DNA of 62,876 nt, the filler included, from Chiloscyllium plagiosum (lineage: Eukaryota), in assembly GCF_004010195.1 (NCBI RefSeq). It is 3 parts of one record of this genome, joined end to end, with 100 filler letters (N's around TTAATTAATTAA, not from the genome) between each part and the next. Parts side by side here need not be neighbours in the genome. Positions count along the whole stretch, not along the records: positions 47,053 to 62,876 come from NC_057714.1; 2 more parts are not named here. One strand, 5' to 3'. This document shows, in pieces, positions 49,715-62,281 of this stretch. The notes beneath the pieces were generated by a model. That model was not told the origin of the DNA. It saw only the letters and a program-made list of their open reading frames with translations, and searched no databases. The position numbers were made by a program, and so were the translations under genes. Positions within the stretch are counted from its first letter, which is position 1. Each line of letters opens with the position of its first letter.

Positions 49715-51555
49715 GAAATGGGATAACAAGAATTCAGAGAAAGTATATTCCACAAGAATCCAGAGAAAGTATATTCCTGTTCGGGTGAAAGGGAAGGTTG
49801 GTAGGTACAGGGAATGATGAAAGAAATTGAGGGCTTGGTTAAGAAAAAGAAGGAAGCATATGTCAGGTATAGACAGAATAGATCGAGTGAATCCTTAGAA
49901 GAGTATAAAGGAAGTAGGAGTATACTTAAGAGGGGAATCAGAAGGGCAAAAAGGGGACATGAGAAAGCTTTGGCAAATAGAATTAAGGAGAATCCAAAGG
50001 GTTTTTACAAATATTAAGGACAAAAGGATAACTAGGGAGAGAATAAGGCCCCTCAAAGATCAGCAAGGCGGCCTTTGTGTGGAGCCACAGAAAATGGGGG
50101 AGATACTAAATGAATATTTTGCATCAGTATTTACGTGGAAAAGGATATGGAAGATATAGACTGTAGGGAAATAGATGGTGACATCTTGCAAAATGTCCAG
50201 ACTACAGAGGAGGAAGTGCTGGATGTTTTGAAACAGTTAAAGGTGAATAAATCCCCAGGACCTGATCAGGTGTACCCGAGAGCTCTGTGGGAAGCTAGAG
50301 AAGTGATTGCTGGAGCCCCTTGCTGAGATATATGTATCATTGATAGTCACAGGTGAGGTGCCTAAGGACTGGAGGTTGGCAAACGTGGTGCCACTGTTTA
50401 AGAAGAGTGGTAAAGACAAGACAGGGAACTATAGATCGGTGAGCCTGACCTCAGTGGTGGGCAAGTTGTTGGAGGGAATCCTGAGGGACAGGATGTACAT
50501 GTATTTGGAAAGGAAAGGACTGATTAGGGATAGTCAACATGGCTTTGTGCATGGGAAATCATGTCTCACAAACTTGATTGAGTTTTTTGAAGAAGTAACA
50601 AAGAAGATTGATGAGGGCAGAGCAGTAGATGTGATCTATATGGACTTCAGTAAGGCGTTTGACAAGGTTCCCCATGGGAGACTGATTAGCAAGGTTAGAT
50701 CTCATGGAATACAGGGAGAACTAGACATTTGGATACAGAACTGGCTCAAAGGTAGAAGACAGAGGATGGTGGTGGAGGGTTGTTTTTCAGACTGGAGGCC
50801 TGTGACCAGTGGAGTGCCACAAGGATCGGTGCTGCGCCCTCTACTTTTTGTCATTTACATAAATGATTTAGATGCAAGCATAAGAGGTACAGTTAGTAAG
50901 TTTGCAAATGACACCAAAATTGGAGGTGTAGTGGACAGNNNNNNNNNNNNNNNNNNNNNNNNNNNNNNNNNNNAGGAGTTGGGAGATCATGTTGCGGCTG
51001 TACAGGATATTGTTTAGGCCACTGTTGGAATATTGCGTGCAATTCTGGTCTCCTTCCTATCAGAAAAATATTGTGAATCTTGAAAGGGTTCTGAAAAGAT
51101 TTACAAGGATGTTGCCTGGGTTGGAGGCTTTGAGCTATAGGGAGAGGCTGAACAGGCTGGGGCTGTTTTCCCTGGAGCGTTGGAGGCTGAGGGGTGACCT
51201 TATAAAGGTTTACAAAATTATGGATAGGATAAATAGACAAGGTCTTTTCCCTGGGGTTGGGAAGTCCAGATCTAGGGACCATAGGTTTAGGATGAGAGGG
51301 GAAAGATATAAAAGAGACCTAAGGGGCAACCGTTTCACGCAGAGGGTGATACGTGTATGGCATGAGCTGCCAGAGGATGTGGTGGAGGCTGGTACAATTG
51401 CAATATTTAAGAGGCATTTGGATGGGTATATGAATAGGAAGGAATATGGGCCTGGTGCTGGCAGGTGGGACTAGATTGGGCTGGGATAGCTGGTTGGCAT
51501 GGACAGGTCGGACCGAAAGGTTTGTTTCCATGCTGTACATCTCTATGACTCTATC
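49715..51555 (+). mobile_element. CR1 (HER1-like) LINE ORF2, 5'-truncated; best-preserved RT in the window
   Basis: 50307-50938 is open: [57 protein letters not shown] (catalytic DD mutated). Tail CTCTATGACTCTAT. Confidence 0.95.
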
Positions 51556-51559
51556 TCTG

Positions 51560-51790
51560 TAACTTTGCATTTGCAAGGGCTAATCCAACTAACCTACATC
51601 CTTGAACACCACAAGCAATTTAGCATGGCCAATCCACCTAAACTGCACATCTTTGGACTGTGGTACGAAACTCTCTCAGACACCGGAAGAATACGTAAAC
51701 TCCACACAGACAGTCCCTCTCGGCTGGAATCAAACCCAGGTCCGTGGCATTGTGAGGTAGCAATGCTAATCACTGAGCCACCATGCCGTC
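51560..51790 (-). mobile_element. HE1-like SINE
   Basis: Minus-strand GGCATGGTGGCTCAGTGATTAGC and GGGTTTGATTCC boxes. Confidence 0.85.
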
Positions 51791-52006
51791 CCTCATCACA
51801 GAGCAGTAACAACGTAATTCATTTATCTTGCAGCATCTAATAATGACTTTTAAAGCTGGAGTGAACTTTCAATCTGATCTGTCAAATAGTGCCCACCTCT
51901 ATAACAGGTTTTTCCCAAGGTGAACGAGCTCAAAGCAATGACCAGTGGGAATCTGTTGATAAACTTAAAATTTTACTTCCATTTTCCACAGTGGGGTTAT
52001 TTGTGG

Positions 52007-52138
52007 CAGAGAAAGTGAGGACTGCAGATGCTGGAGATCAGATTCAAAAAGTGTGGCACTGGAAAAGCACAGCAGGCCAGGCAGCATCCGAGAGGCAGGA
52101 AGGTTTATGTTTCGGCATAAGCCCTTCATCAGGAATGG
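52007..52138 (-). mobile_element. PLE pLTR fragment with decayed hammerhead
   Basis: Minus-strand CATTC-CTGATGA-A-GGGC-TTAT-GCC-GAAAC-ATA plus the shared tail. Confidence 0.8.
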
Positions 52139-52189
52139 TGGTGGGCTGCAAATTCAAGCTTTCACTGGCAGACAGGTTGCTTGACAATG

Positions 52190-52495
52190 GCAGCCTCTCC
52201 CTATTGCAGGGAGACCAGAATTGCACACAATATTCCAAAAGTGACCTAACCAATGTTCTGCGTAGTCACAACATGACTTCCCAACTTCTATACTCAATGC
52301 TCTGACCAATAAAGGAAAACAAACCGAATGCCTTCTTCACTATCCTATCTACCTGCAACTCTACTTTCAAAGAACTATGAATCTGCGCTCCAAGGTCTCT
52401 TTGTTCAGAACAATTCCCAGGACCTTATCATCAAGGGTAAGTCCTGCTTTGATTTGTCCTACTAAAATGCAGCACCTCACATTTGCCTAGATTTC
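52190..52495 (-). mobile_element. CR1 fragment
   Basis: Minus-strand LVRSLLEYCVQFWSPCNRE. Confidence 0.85.
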
Positions 52496-53510
52496 TTGAT
52501 TACAAGAGCTATGTTTAAAAGAAAATCACTTCATGGAATCAGAACAAAAGCTAGGATTCAATTTGATAGAGGTGTTCCTAGAGTAAATGGCAAAGTGATT
52601 TTCCACTGTTGTCAAATTATTAAACAAGAGCATGCAGTCACATTTATCACTGGGTCAGTGAACGGAGAAAGGAGAAGTGAGAAGATGCAACAGCCACAGA
52701 AATATATAATCATCTGGATCATTGGCGGACATCTGACTCGGAATAATAATTGAAATATCTTTCACGAAAGAATATGCTCTAAACTTTCCAAGATTCAAAC
52801 TCAGAAACTGAACAAATAAGAATAGATAGCAGTCACTTTCAGAGGAGAATGTCTTTCTTGTTGGAGATGACAAAAGGGCAAATACTTAGGCAAGTTATCA
52901 TCCAAGAGCTTTGCCCCCTTCTCATTACCTCAGCAGTCAAGTTAGGTGTACATGAAGTCTACTGAAGTAATCTCAATTTGCCACCAACTAAGGCCCTTAA
53001 ATCCTCATCTNNNNNNNNNNNNNNNNNNNNNNNNNNNNNNNNNNNNNNNNNNNNNNNNNNNNNNNNNNNNNNNNNNNNNNNNNNNNNNNNNNNNNNNNNN
53101 NNNNNNNNNNNNNNNNNNNNNNNNNNNNNNNNNNNNNNNNNNNNNNNNNNNNNNNNNNNNNNNNNNNNNNNNNNNNNNNNNNNNNNNNNNNNNNNNNNNN
53201 NNNNNNNNNNNNNNNNNNNNNNNNNNNNNNNNNNNNNNNNNNNNNNNNNNNNNNNNNNNNNNNNNNNNNNNNNNNNNNNNNNNNNNNNNNNNNNNNNNNN
53301 NNNNNNNNNNNNNNNNNNNNNNNNNNNNNNNNNNNNNNNNNNNNNNNNNNNNNNNNNNNNNNNNNNNNNNNNNNNNNNNNNNNNNNNNNNNNNNNNNNNN
53401 NNNNNNNNNNNNNNNNNNNNNNNNNNNNNNNNNNNNNNNNNNNNNNNNNNNNNNNNNNNNNNNNNNNNNNNNNNNNNNNNNNNNNNNNNNNNNNNNNNNN
53501 NNNNNNNNNN

Positions 53511-54175
53511 TAGAAAGTATTGATGTGCAAAATGACCTGGTGCCCTTGTTCATAAGTCTCTGAAAGCTAACTTGCAGGTGCAGCAAGCAATTAAGAAGGC
53601 AAATAGTACGTTGAACCATACCACAAGATGATTCATGAACAGGATATGAATGCCTTGCTACAAACAAATAGTTTTTTTCTTACCTAAGGAAGGTAATACT
53701 GGCCACAGAGGAAATGCAACAGACATTTGCCAGATTTGGGATGGCAGGACAATTCAATGAGGAGTGATTGAGGAGACTGGGCCTGTGTTCTCTACAGTTT
53801 AGAAGAATGAGCACAATTCTCATTGAAACTTAATATTCTTAAAGGACTAGATATGATGGCTGCAGGAACATTGTTTTCGCTTGCTGGGAGATGTGGCAGT
53901 AAGAGACAGGAACTCAGAATAAGGGGGAGCCATTCAAACTGAGATTAGGAGGAACTTCATCTCTTAGAGGATAGTATTTCTTTGGAATTCTATATCCTGG
54001 CAGGCAGTGGAGGTTCAGTCACTAAATATTTACAAGACAGAAATTCTATACATTAATAACATCAAAGGATATGGAGATACTGCAGGAAAATGGCATTGAG
54101 ATATGATCAGCCATGATGTTGAAAGGCTGTGCAGGCTTGAGGGGCTGCATAGTTTACTTCAACTCCCATGTTCTC
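53511..54175 (+). mobile_element. Old CR1 3' fragment
   Basis: QVQQAIKKANSTL, RLGLCSLQFRRM, TEIRRNFIS; CR1-type tail. Confidence 0.8.
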
Positions 54176-54804
54176 ACCATTTCAGGAAGACAGTCATATT
54201 CACTAGCTCATGAGATCATTGAGCTAACTCTCAGTTCAAGACAAATAATCCTGAAAATCTGACAACGTTTCCAACTCTTTCCAAATCTGAGAAAGCAAAA
54301 ACTGGGAGAGATTCTGTATTGTCCAATTGTAGAATTCAGCATTCTAAATGAACTCGAAAATATATCATCTTTATGTTCAAATACTTCCATTACTAAATAT
54401 TCACTAACCAGTGCCATAGTTAGGACGTCTGCAAGCAAGAATATCTTAGCTTAGTAAGCATGCAAGTAACAACATGCAATTTTTAATATTCATTTTCTAA
54501 ATAACAGTTAGAAAACTGAGATATCAAGTTATTTATTCACTTTGTTCTATATGAATCGTTCGTACAACAAAATGACACATTAAATTCCTTAATATTGTCA
54601 AGTTTATTTGTAGTGACAGAGCGTGCAATTCGGCAGTGAAAACTCATCCTTCCTGGGATTCTGCAGTCAAATTTAACTTAATTGTGACAAAACGTTCCCT
54701 GGCTAACAATAACTCAAGGATGGCATTTGTACTTCCGAACAAAGTACATCCATATTACACAGATCTTCATCTTTCTTCCACAACATTTATTGTCAGCTTA
54801 ACAT

Positions 54805-55010
54805 AGTTGCAGTAGTCTTGTCTCCAAGTCAAAAGATTAGAGTTTCTAAGAAACTGATCATGTAATTGAATGCAGTGAAAGAGACAGCACTGCATTATTG
54901 AAAAACTGATCCTTTGAATGTGCTGTTAAACTAAGGCCCTGTTTGCACCTTCCATTGGCTCAGGTGGTGTGAAGGATCTCACAGCATGAAGTGAAAAACA
55001 GGAAGGAGTG
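54805..55010 (+). mobile_element. DeuSINE-like relic
   Basis: GCACTGCATTATTG...TGTTAAACTAAGGCCCTGTTTGC..CTCAGGTGGTGTGAAGGATCTCACAGCA resembles the Deu core. Confidence 0.5.
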
Positions 55011-55469
55011 AGAGAATTGAGTCAATTTCACTTTGGTTGTGGACAGGAAATTGGCAGTTCCGGGTTGGCTGTTGTTACACTACTAAACCAATTATTTTTT
55101 CAACGATTTTTATCTAAAATGCCAAAGTGAACACTACTCTCCTGATGAACTTGTCTTTAAATACCACACTGACTGGGTATCATTTTATTGCTGTATGAAA
55201 AAGACACCATCATGCATCGAAATTACTATAATGCCTGCATTTCAAAATAATTAATTTTATAATAAGTACATCTGTGAGAAATCACCCGGTATTGGAGATC
55301 AAGAAAACTTTTTATTAAACTAATTTTACTGTCTGTCATGCACTTTCATGCAGTTCATGTAATTATTAATCAAAAGAAATTCTACTCAGGTTTGCTATTC
55401 TAAAATTCAAATTTAATAGCAAGACTCAAATAAACATACAGAATTGAGGACAAAGTTGTGTAAAACACA

Positions 55470-56135
55470 AGTTTAGCCTCAGCTAAAGTCCAGTAGCATA
55501 GCAAGGATGAGAAGGCATTGGAGGGAGTACAGAAGACGTTTCCAAGAATGGTTCCAGTGATGCACGATTTTAGTTATGGGATAGATTCAACACACTGGGA
55601 CTATTTTCCTTGAAGAAGAGAAGGCTAAGAGGACAATTGACAGAAATATTCAAATTGTGAGAAGTTTGTACAAAGTCAAAAAAGGAGAAAATGCTCTCAC
55701 TTGTGAAAGAATTGAGAATGAGACAAGATAGCAAATACTTGAAGTAATTTGAAGTAATTACTTTGAAGTGATTAGAAAAAGAAACAAGAGTGATGTGATG
55801 AGAAGATTTCGCATATGAGTGACTGGGACTTGGAATGTGATGGAGGCAGATTCAGTCGAGACATTCAAGAGGGAATTAGGCTGTTATTTTAAAAGGAAGA
55901 ATATGCAGGAGAAAGCAGGAGAATTGCACTAAGAAAGATGCTCATTTGAAGAGCTGATACAGACAAGGAGGGCTGAATGGCCTTCATCTGAACTGTGCTG
56001 GAAGAGCACAGCAATTCAGACAGCATCCGAGGATCGATTTTGCTGTGCTCTTCCAGCACCACTGATCCAGAATCTGGTTTCCAGCATCTGCAGTCATTGT
56101 TTTTACTTCATCTGAACTGTAACAACTCTGTGATT
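55470..56135 (+). mobile_element. Old CR1 3' fragment
   Basis: KDEKALEGVQKTF..LGLFSLKKRRLRGQLTEIFK; tail GGGCTGAATGGCCTTCATCTGAACTGTAAC split by an insertion. Confidence 0.8.
55997..56105 (+). mobile_element. Tiny fold-back PLE-derived insertion with 15-bp TSD
   Basis: TSD CTTCATCTGAACTGT at 55982-55996 and 56106-56120. Arms GTGCTGGAAGAGCACAGCAA / TTGCTGTGCTCTTCCAGCAC. Tail CCAGCATCTGCAGTC. Confidence 0.85.
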
Positions 56136-58595
56136 TTGTAACATAACTACCTGCTTCCCTCATCCCCATTGCTCTGGCATGACTTATTTTTCCAGGACAA
56201 TGAAGTGGCCTCTTCTTAGAATTTGTGAAATCCTTTTATATCCTGTCTCCCTCCACATATCTTTTAAATAAATGTAAAACTGAAGTCTGCTGTTCCTGTA
56301 CAGAAGTAATTAGACTTGACAAGCATACAGAAGAAAGAAATTCCATGGCTGACAGACAATTTATCAACTGTAAAGTTTTTGTGACCATGGATAAGACAAT
56401 TAAGTAGAGATAGTAGATGTCCTTCCCTGTTAATGGAATTGGTGAACAGCTTAGCAATTATAGCGTTTAAGTTGTTAAAAAAAACTCCAGCCTTTTCTTT
56501 ATAGTTAGAATTTTAAAAACATTGTTATTGGGAAATTTGATCCAATTCTTTGGATTATTTGTCCAGTAACACAACGACGTTTTCTGTATTTTGACTTGTC
56601 TCGCATTCTGACTTGAGCACAAATAAGCTCTTTTATCAACACTATATATCTGTTCCACCCAAAAATAACCTCAGAGCCACATACTATTTTTATTATTATA
56701 TATTTACACCAAGTAGGTTCTAATTTGTTCCAATTCAAATTAATCTTATTGTATGTCAGAGCAAATAAATTCTGAAGTGGTCAACCAATGACATAATCAA
56801 GTAAAGCTCTCATCTATCCAAGCCTTAGACTCAACTAGTTAATCTGTCATTAGAATTTACTGCCAAGCCAATGCTCAGGTCTAGGTTTCACATTCAGGAC
56901 TGCCAGAATTTCACATTTCCAAAATAGAGTTAGAATACTCAGTGTAATGCCTCATATTTATCATTAATTCATCTGTTTTGCCTTAATTGCTTCAAAATTA
57001 AAGATAGCCAGTTGATAACATTGTTTTTCAATTTAAAACAAAGACTAAGCAGCAATCCTCTTACTCCAGTACATACACACAATGCACTCACAGCAGATAA
57101 TTCTGTTCATGGTAGATACTAATCACAAACAACCAAAACTAATTTTTTTGTCAATGCACAAAATCATCAATGCATTTTTTATGGGAACTGTCCAGCAGTG
57201 CAATTTGATTCAGCAATATCAAAACAATAGTTACAGATTTAATTTCTGGTTAGGTCTGTGATAATTCATCAGTGTAATACAAACAGAACATATACATTCT
57301 GAGCACTTAGGAAACAGAATTTATTAAAATTCTTAAGTTTCCTGGTAAAAGGTAGGAGAATTATTTATTTGTTTTCCACTTACAGTATAGAAGCAAATAG
57401 ATCAACGTATTATTCTTGCAACAGATATCTGGGAAGCATCCAGATAGGAGCTATTAAACTGTTTTGCATTCTTTTCACACTCAATGGCAGGGAGGCCTGT
57501 GTTTATCTCCTTATGATTTAATGCATTACGTGGTAAATTTTTCTTCTCTGTTTGACACTTAATTTCAATCCTTTAATTTCCTCTTCAGAAGGCAACAACC
57601 CAAGATGGGATTCTATTCCAAGGGCACGGACTGGCTTCTTCGATAATATCCAAGATGACATTCACCTTATATAAATCTTGACGCTGAATGTTAAAAGTTC
57701 GCACACATGTCAGACATAAAAATGTGCAGCTAGAAGTCTAAAAACTAAAGATTACATACTCTCAAAACAATTTTGTTCGAGGAGCAAAGATCAATGTGAG
57801 GTATGCGGACAATTATAGAAGCGAGAGAAAAGACTTTCTGTTACCATTTATAGGACCTGAAAAGACCACAGGAAATGTGAAATAAAATTTCCAGGTATCA
57901 CAGTTCAGAGCAATTCAGAAAGGTTTTATTTTAAACACTGCATGAACAAAATCATGCAGTGATTAAGAGGACTAAAAAGAAAAACACACACTGATAGAGT
58001 GCTCTCATGATCTCAGGAAATTCTGAAGTGTTTAATAGTCAAACTGGTACATTTGAAGTATAGTCATTGTTGTAATGTGGTGCTGGTGTTCTAAACATTC
58101 ATTCTGGAAATTGAGATTACTGGATTGATTTACAGGAAAAGGGGCCTCAGCACCATAACTGGTGAAAATAATTTGCAAAGTTTCTGCGAAATCAACCACT
58201 AAATAACATATTCAGAAGTGTCTGTTTCACTATTTAAATCAGTTTGTCATTACAATACTTTTAGATGCGTGTTTAATTCAATAATGACTCATAAGCAGTC
58301 ATGAACAGTGCTTGGATGCTTTTAAAATTAGCTTTCAAAATGTATTTTCACCTTCATTCTTGAGGACCTACACAATGACCTGATATTACATCCTGTTCAT
58401 ACACACAGATTCTAATAGTGAATCACTGTTAATGACAGGAATAACTAAAGAATATTGCACAAATCTGCAATAATACAAGTATTTGACTCATTCAGAAATG
58501 TTGTACCTTTTAGTCAGAGGGTCTGAAATAAGTTAAGTCAAAGAAAATACTTACACACTGACTTGAAAGCAATCTTTGGCAGACTAAAAGCATTA

Positions 58596-60280
58596 AACAT
58601 AGAAACATGAAAAATTGAAGCAGGAGTAGGCCTTTTGGCCTTTCCAGGTTGTTCCACCATTCAATATTATCATGGCTGATCATTCAATTTAGGACCCTGA
58701 TCCCACTTTCTCCCTATAACCTATGATCCCTTTAGCCCTAAAAACTATATCTGACTCCTTCTTGAAAACATTCAACATTTTGGCCCCAACTGCTTTCTGT
58801 AGCAGAGAGTTCCACAGGCCCAATACTCTCTGGGTGAAGAAAGTTGCAAATTCTTTTAACCAATTGCAGTGACGAGCTCATGTTTCCTATGATTTATATA
58901 ATCCAATCCAGCAACCCAACTTAAAGAATTCTGTCGTAGGCCTCTTAGTCTCCCCTCAAAAGACAACCCCACCATCCTAGAAATCAATCTGAAAATCTTT
59001 GTTGCACATCATCTATCACAGCATATACTTTCTTTGGTAAGAAGACCAAACTGTACACAATACTCCAGCTGTGGTCTCACCAAGGCTGTATATAATTGGA
59101 CCTATTTACTTCTGCACTCAAATTTTAATAAAGGCAAACAAATTTGTCTTCCTAATTGCATCTTGCACTTGCATGCTACCTTTCAGTGACCTTCAAACAA
59201 GGACACTGAGGTCCCATTGGACATCAATACTTTCCAATCTCTCATTACATTATGCACTTATTCTTTTCCTACCAGGATAGATTATAGTTTTACACATTAT
59301 ATGGCTCAGTGGTTAGCACTGCTGCCTTGCATCGCAAGGGATCCGGATTCGATTTCCTCAGGCAATTCTCGGTGTGGAGTTTGCACATTCTCCCTATGCC
59401 TATGTGGGTTTCCTCCGAATGTTCTGGTTTCCTCCTACAGTCCAAAGATGTGCAGGTTGGGTGAATTGGCCAAGCTAAGTTGCCCGTAGTGTTAGGTGCA
59501 TTAGTCAGGGGTGAATGTAGGGGAATGGGTCTGGGTGGGTTGCTCTTCGGAGGGTCAGTGTGGACTTGTTGGGCCGAAGGGCCTGTTTCCACACTGTAGG
59601 GAATCTTATCTAATCTAATCAAAAATGCAAGGTTACAGGGACTGGGTGGATCTGAGTGGGGTGCTCTTCGGAGGGTTGCCGTGGACTCAATTGGTCAAAA
59701 GGCCTTCTTTTACACTACAGGGATTCTAGGATCCTATGTTCTTGCCCAGCTATGTCTAAATTCCCTTGAAGCCTTTTTGCGTCCTTCTCACAACTTAAAA
59801 TGCACCAAATTTTGTGTCATCAGAAATCTCAGAAATATATTGTATTATCAATTACATTTATATTATTTTGGTCCAAACATCAAAACCATAGCTATAGGTT
59901 ACAAACAGACCCAAGAACTGTCTCTTGCAATATGTCACATGCTACAGTCTGGTAATCTGAAAATTAATCTCTTCAATCTCATTCTTACTTTCTATCAGGA
60001 GCCAATTCTCAATCCATGCCAGTATTATAACACCGGGCCATTAGCTCTAATTTTTGCTTACAACTCTTTTGTAGGCCAATTTCTTGAACCCTTCTGACAA
60101 TTCAAATATTAGCAGCTACTAGTTTTCTATAATCTATTCTGCTGGTTACCTCCTATAAAGCCTCCAGCAGGTTTGTGAAATATGATTTTCCTTTCATAAA
60201 TGAAATATTAACTTGCCAAATCCTACCATTATTTTTAAGTATATCACACCCTTGTTAATAGATTCCACCATTTTCCTTTT
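58596..60280 (-). mobile_element. Decayed CR1 interrupted by a SINE
   Basis: Tail AACATAGAAACATG..GCAGGAGTAGGCC on the plus strand; antisense YSLGETTAGVLCTVW; RT remnants to about 60280. Confidence 0.75.
59302..59730 (+). mobile_element. HE1-like SINE (59302-59620) followed by a second SINE tail (59625-59730)
   Basis: TGGCTCAGTGGTTAGCACTGCTGCC head; GATTCGATTTCC B box; tail GGGCCGAAGGGCCTGTTTCCACACTGTAGGGAATC. Confidence 0.9.
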
Positions 60281-62081
60281 CTATTAGGATAGTGACCTTG
60301 TCACACTTGGTTTCCCTCATGTAGAAACAATTCTAACCATATTAAAACTTCTGCTGCATGCAACTTTCCTTATCTGTGATGGTTTCATTAGAATAGTTTG
60401 CTTCAGCTGTTGGCAAATGAGTAGCTTGCAAACAGATGACAACTATGGGTCACATTTTTTCCATTCATTTGAACCCTCACCACTACTATATTTAGTTTGA
60501 GACTAACAAGAGTATTCTCTGTAAGTCAAGAGGTTAAATCAATACATAGTCTGGGACTCTGATTGTTGGTGACATAGAAAAGAATAGACCATGTATTGTA
60601 TATGTCTTTGGCCAAGTAGAAATTTGAAGGGTTAGGAAAGGTATTGAATTAAAAAGGGTATATTACATTAAAAAGAATTATACAGGAAAAAGCAAGTGGC
60701 CTAAATTCAAATAATGCAACAACTTAATTTCATTAATTCTTTACCTCCTCATTCCCTTCATGCAGGTAGCAGAATCAATTGATTACATGGTTCCTAACAA
60801 AATGTAAATATATCATCGGTTCTCTATAGGACGGACACTTCTACGTGAGTGATCCATTGTTTTGTATCGATGCTTAAAATGGTAATGATATAAATCAGAA
60901 TAGTTTATCTCTTGCTTCACACATTTTATCTGAGTGAGGGGGTAGATAGATCAATGAAATTGTGCTGATGGACTGATGATTGCAGTGAGTGGTGAAGTGA
61001 GGGCACTCACCACTGATCAGAAAGTTAGTCTTGTTGAGAGATCTAACTATCTCTCTGGCTGAGAATTTCACCTCTATCACTGCCCTCAATGGAAGTGCTA
61101 TCACAGAATGTGCTTTACTAGGTTACACTACATGTAGCTGGAGTAATATCACCAGGCTATTCAACAAACCAAGGATGTTAAAAGATTTTAAGAGACAGCC
61201 AGGCAGGACATAAAAAAGTACTGAAAATAAAAGTGCATAAAAATTTTGCATAAGCCAAATTAAAGACTGGGACAGCACAGAGGATGAAAGTAAAAAGTCA
61301 AATATACTGAAAAACTATTTTAAAAAACATATTTTTAGTAATGTAATAATTCAATTATTCGACAACAGTCTGCAATTATAAAATTATGTTTTCAGTTCAC
61401 TTTTTAATCACCAAATTTCATGAATCACAAAATGAGTAAAAGACTTGGTTACATTTGATTAAAATGTTATGCCATGCTCAAGCCATTTACTATCTTGATA
61501 TGGAGTGAGAATCTTGAAATTCTTGCTTATTTCAGTGCTTAGTAGTTCTAGGAAGAAATGGGGCCCATACTCCAGCCCAAAGTTGCACAAAGCAGAATCA
61601 TGACAGGCTGCAACCTCAAGAATATTGTGTTAACCTGCACAGAGCCATTTTTAAGAGGGCTAACAATGCCAGTATTAATGGAATATCATGTCATTGTTCT
61701 TTGTTTCTTCTCCAATATATTCCAAAAGCCTAATTGTGGAATTACACTACAGAAGAATAGAGATCCATAGCAAGTGAATGTGATTGTGAAAACTGTACAG
61801 CAAAGAATATGCAGCTATTTTTAAAGTGCATGAGAACAGGGAGAGTAAGTCCAAAGGGCTGCTCGGGGGATAAGAGGCCTGAGGGGCTTCTCAAACACAA
61901 ACCACATTCCAACTTTCTCGCCCTATACAATTTGGACTAGTTGTTTATTTATTTTAAATAATTTGCACTATGTAAGCAGAAAAACTCATGAACGTGAGAA
62001 ATTGCTATGCCCGATTCTCTAAGGGCTGACTGACCCCATGTTCAGCTAATGTGAACATGGAATATTTCTGCACTTTGGCTC

Positions 62082-62212
62082 GGTGGCACGGTGGCTCAGT
62101 AGTTAGAACATAGAACATAGAACATAGAAAAATACAGCGCAGTACAGGCCCTTTGGCACTCGATGTTGCGCCGATCCAAGCCCACCTAACCTACACTAGC
62201 CCACTAACCTCC
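62082..62212. mobile_element. SINE head stub (+, 62082-62106) abutting a CR1 3' tail (-, 62106-62212)
   Basis: GGTGGCACGGTGGCTCAGTAGTTAG, then AACATAG repeats and CAGCGCAGTACAGGCCC as at 45917. Confidence 0.75.
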
Positions 62213-62275
62213 ATATGGCAGGTAATGAAACGTCTGGATATCAAACCTACAGCTCAGCGAGCAAACCTACACTCT
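62213..62275 (+). mobile_element. PLE pLTR fragment (3' half of a hammerhead)
   Basis: GAAACGTCTGGATATCAAACCTACAGCTCAGCGAGCAAACCTACA resembles the minus strand of 30293-30338 (GAAACGTTTGCAACAAAAACTTCCAGCTCAGCGAACAGAACCACA). Confidence 0.55.
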
Positions 62276-62281
62276 AGGCGT

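Noticed and set aside
59302..59365. tRNA-like A and B boxes (also at the other SINE heads)
   Set aside because: These are SINE Pol III promoters, not tRNA genes; each continues into the SINE body.
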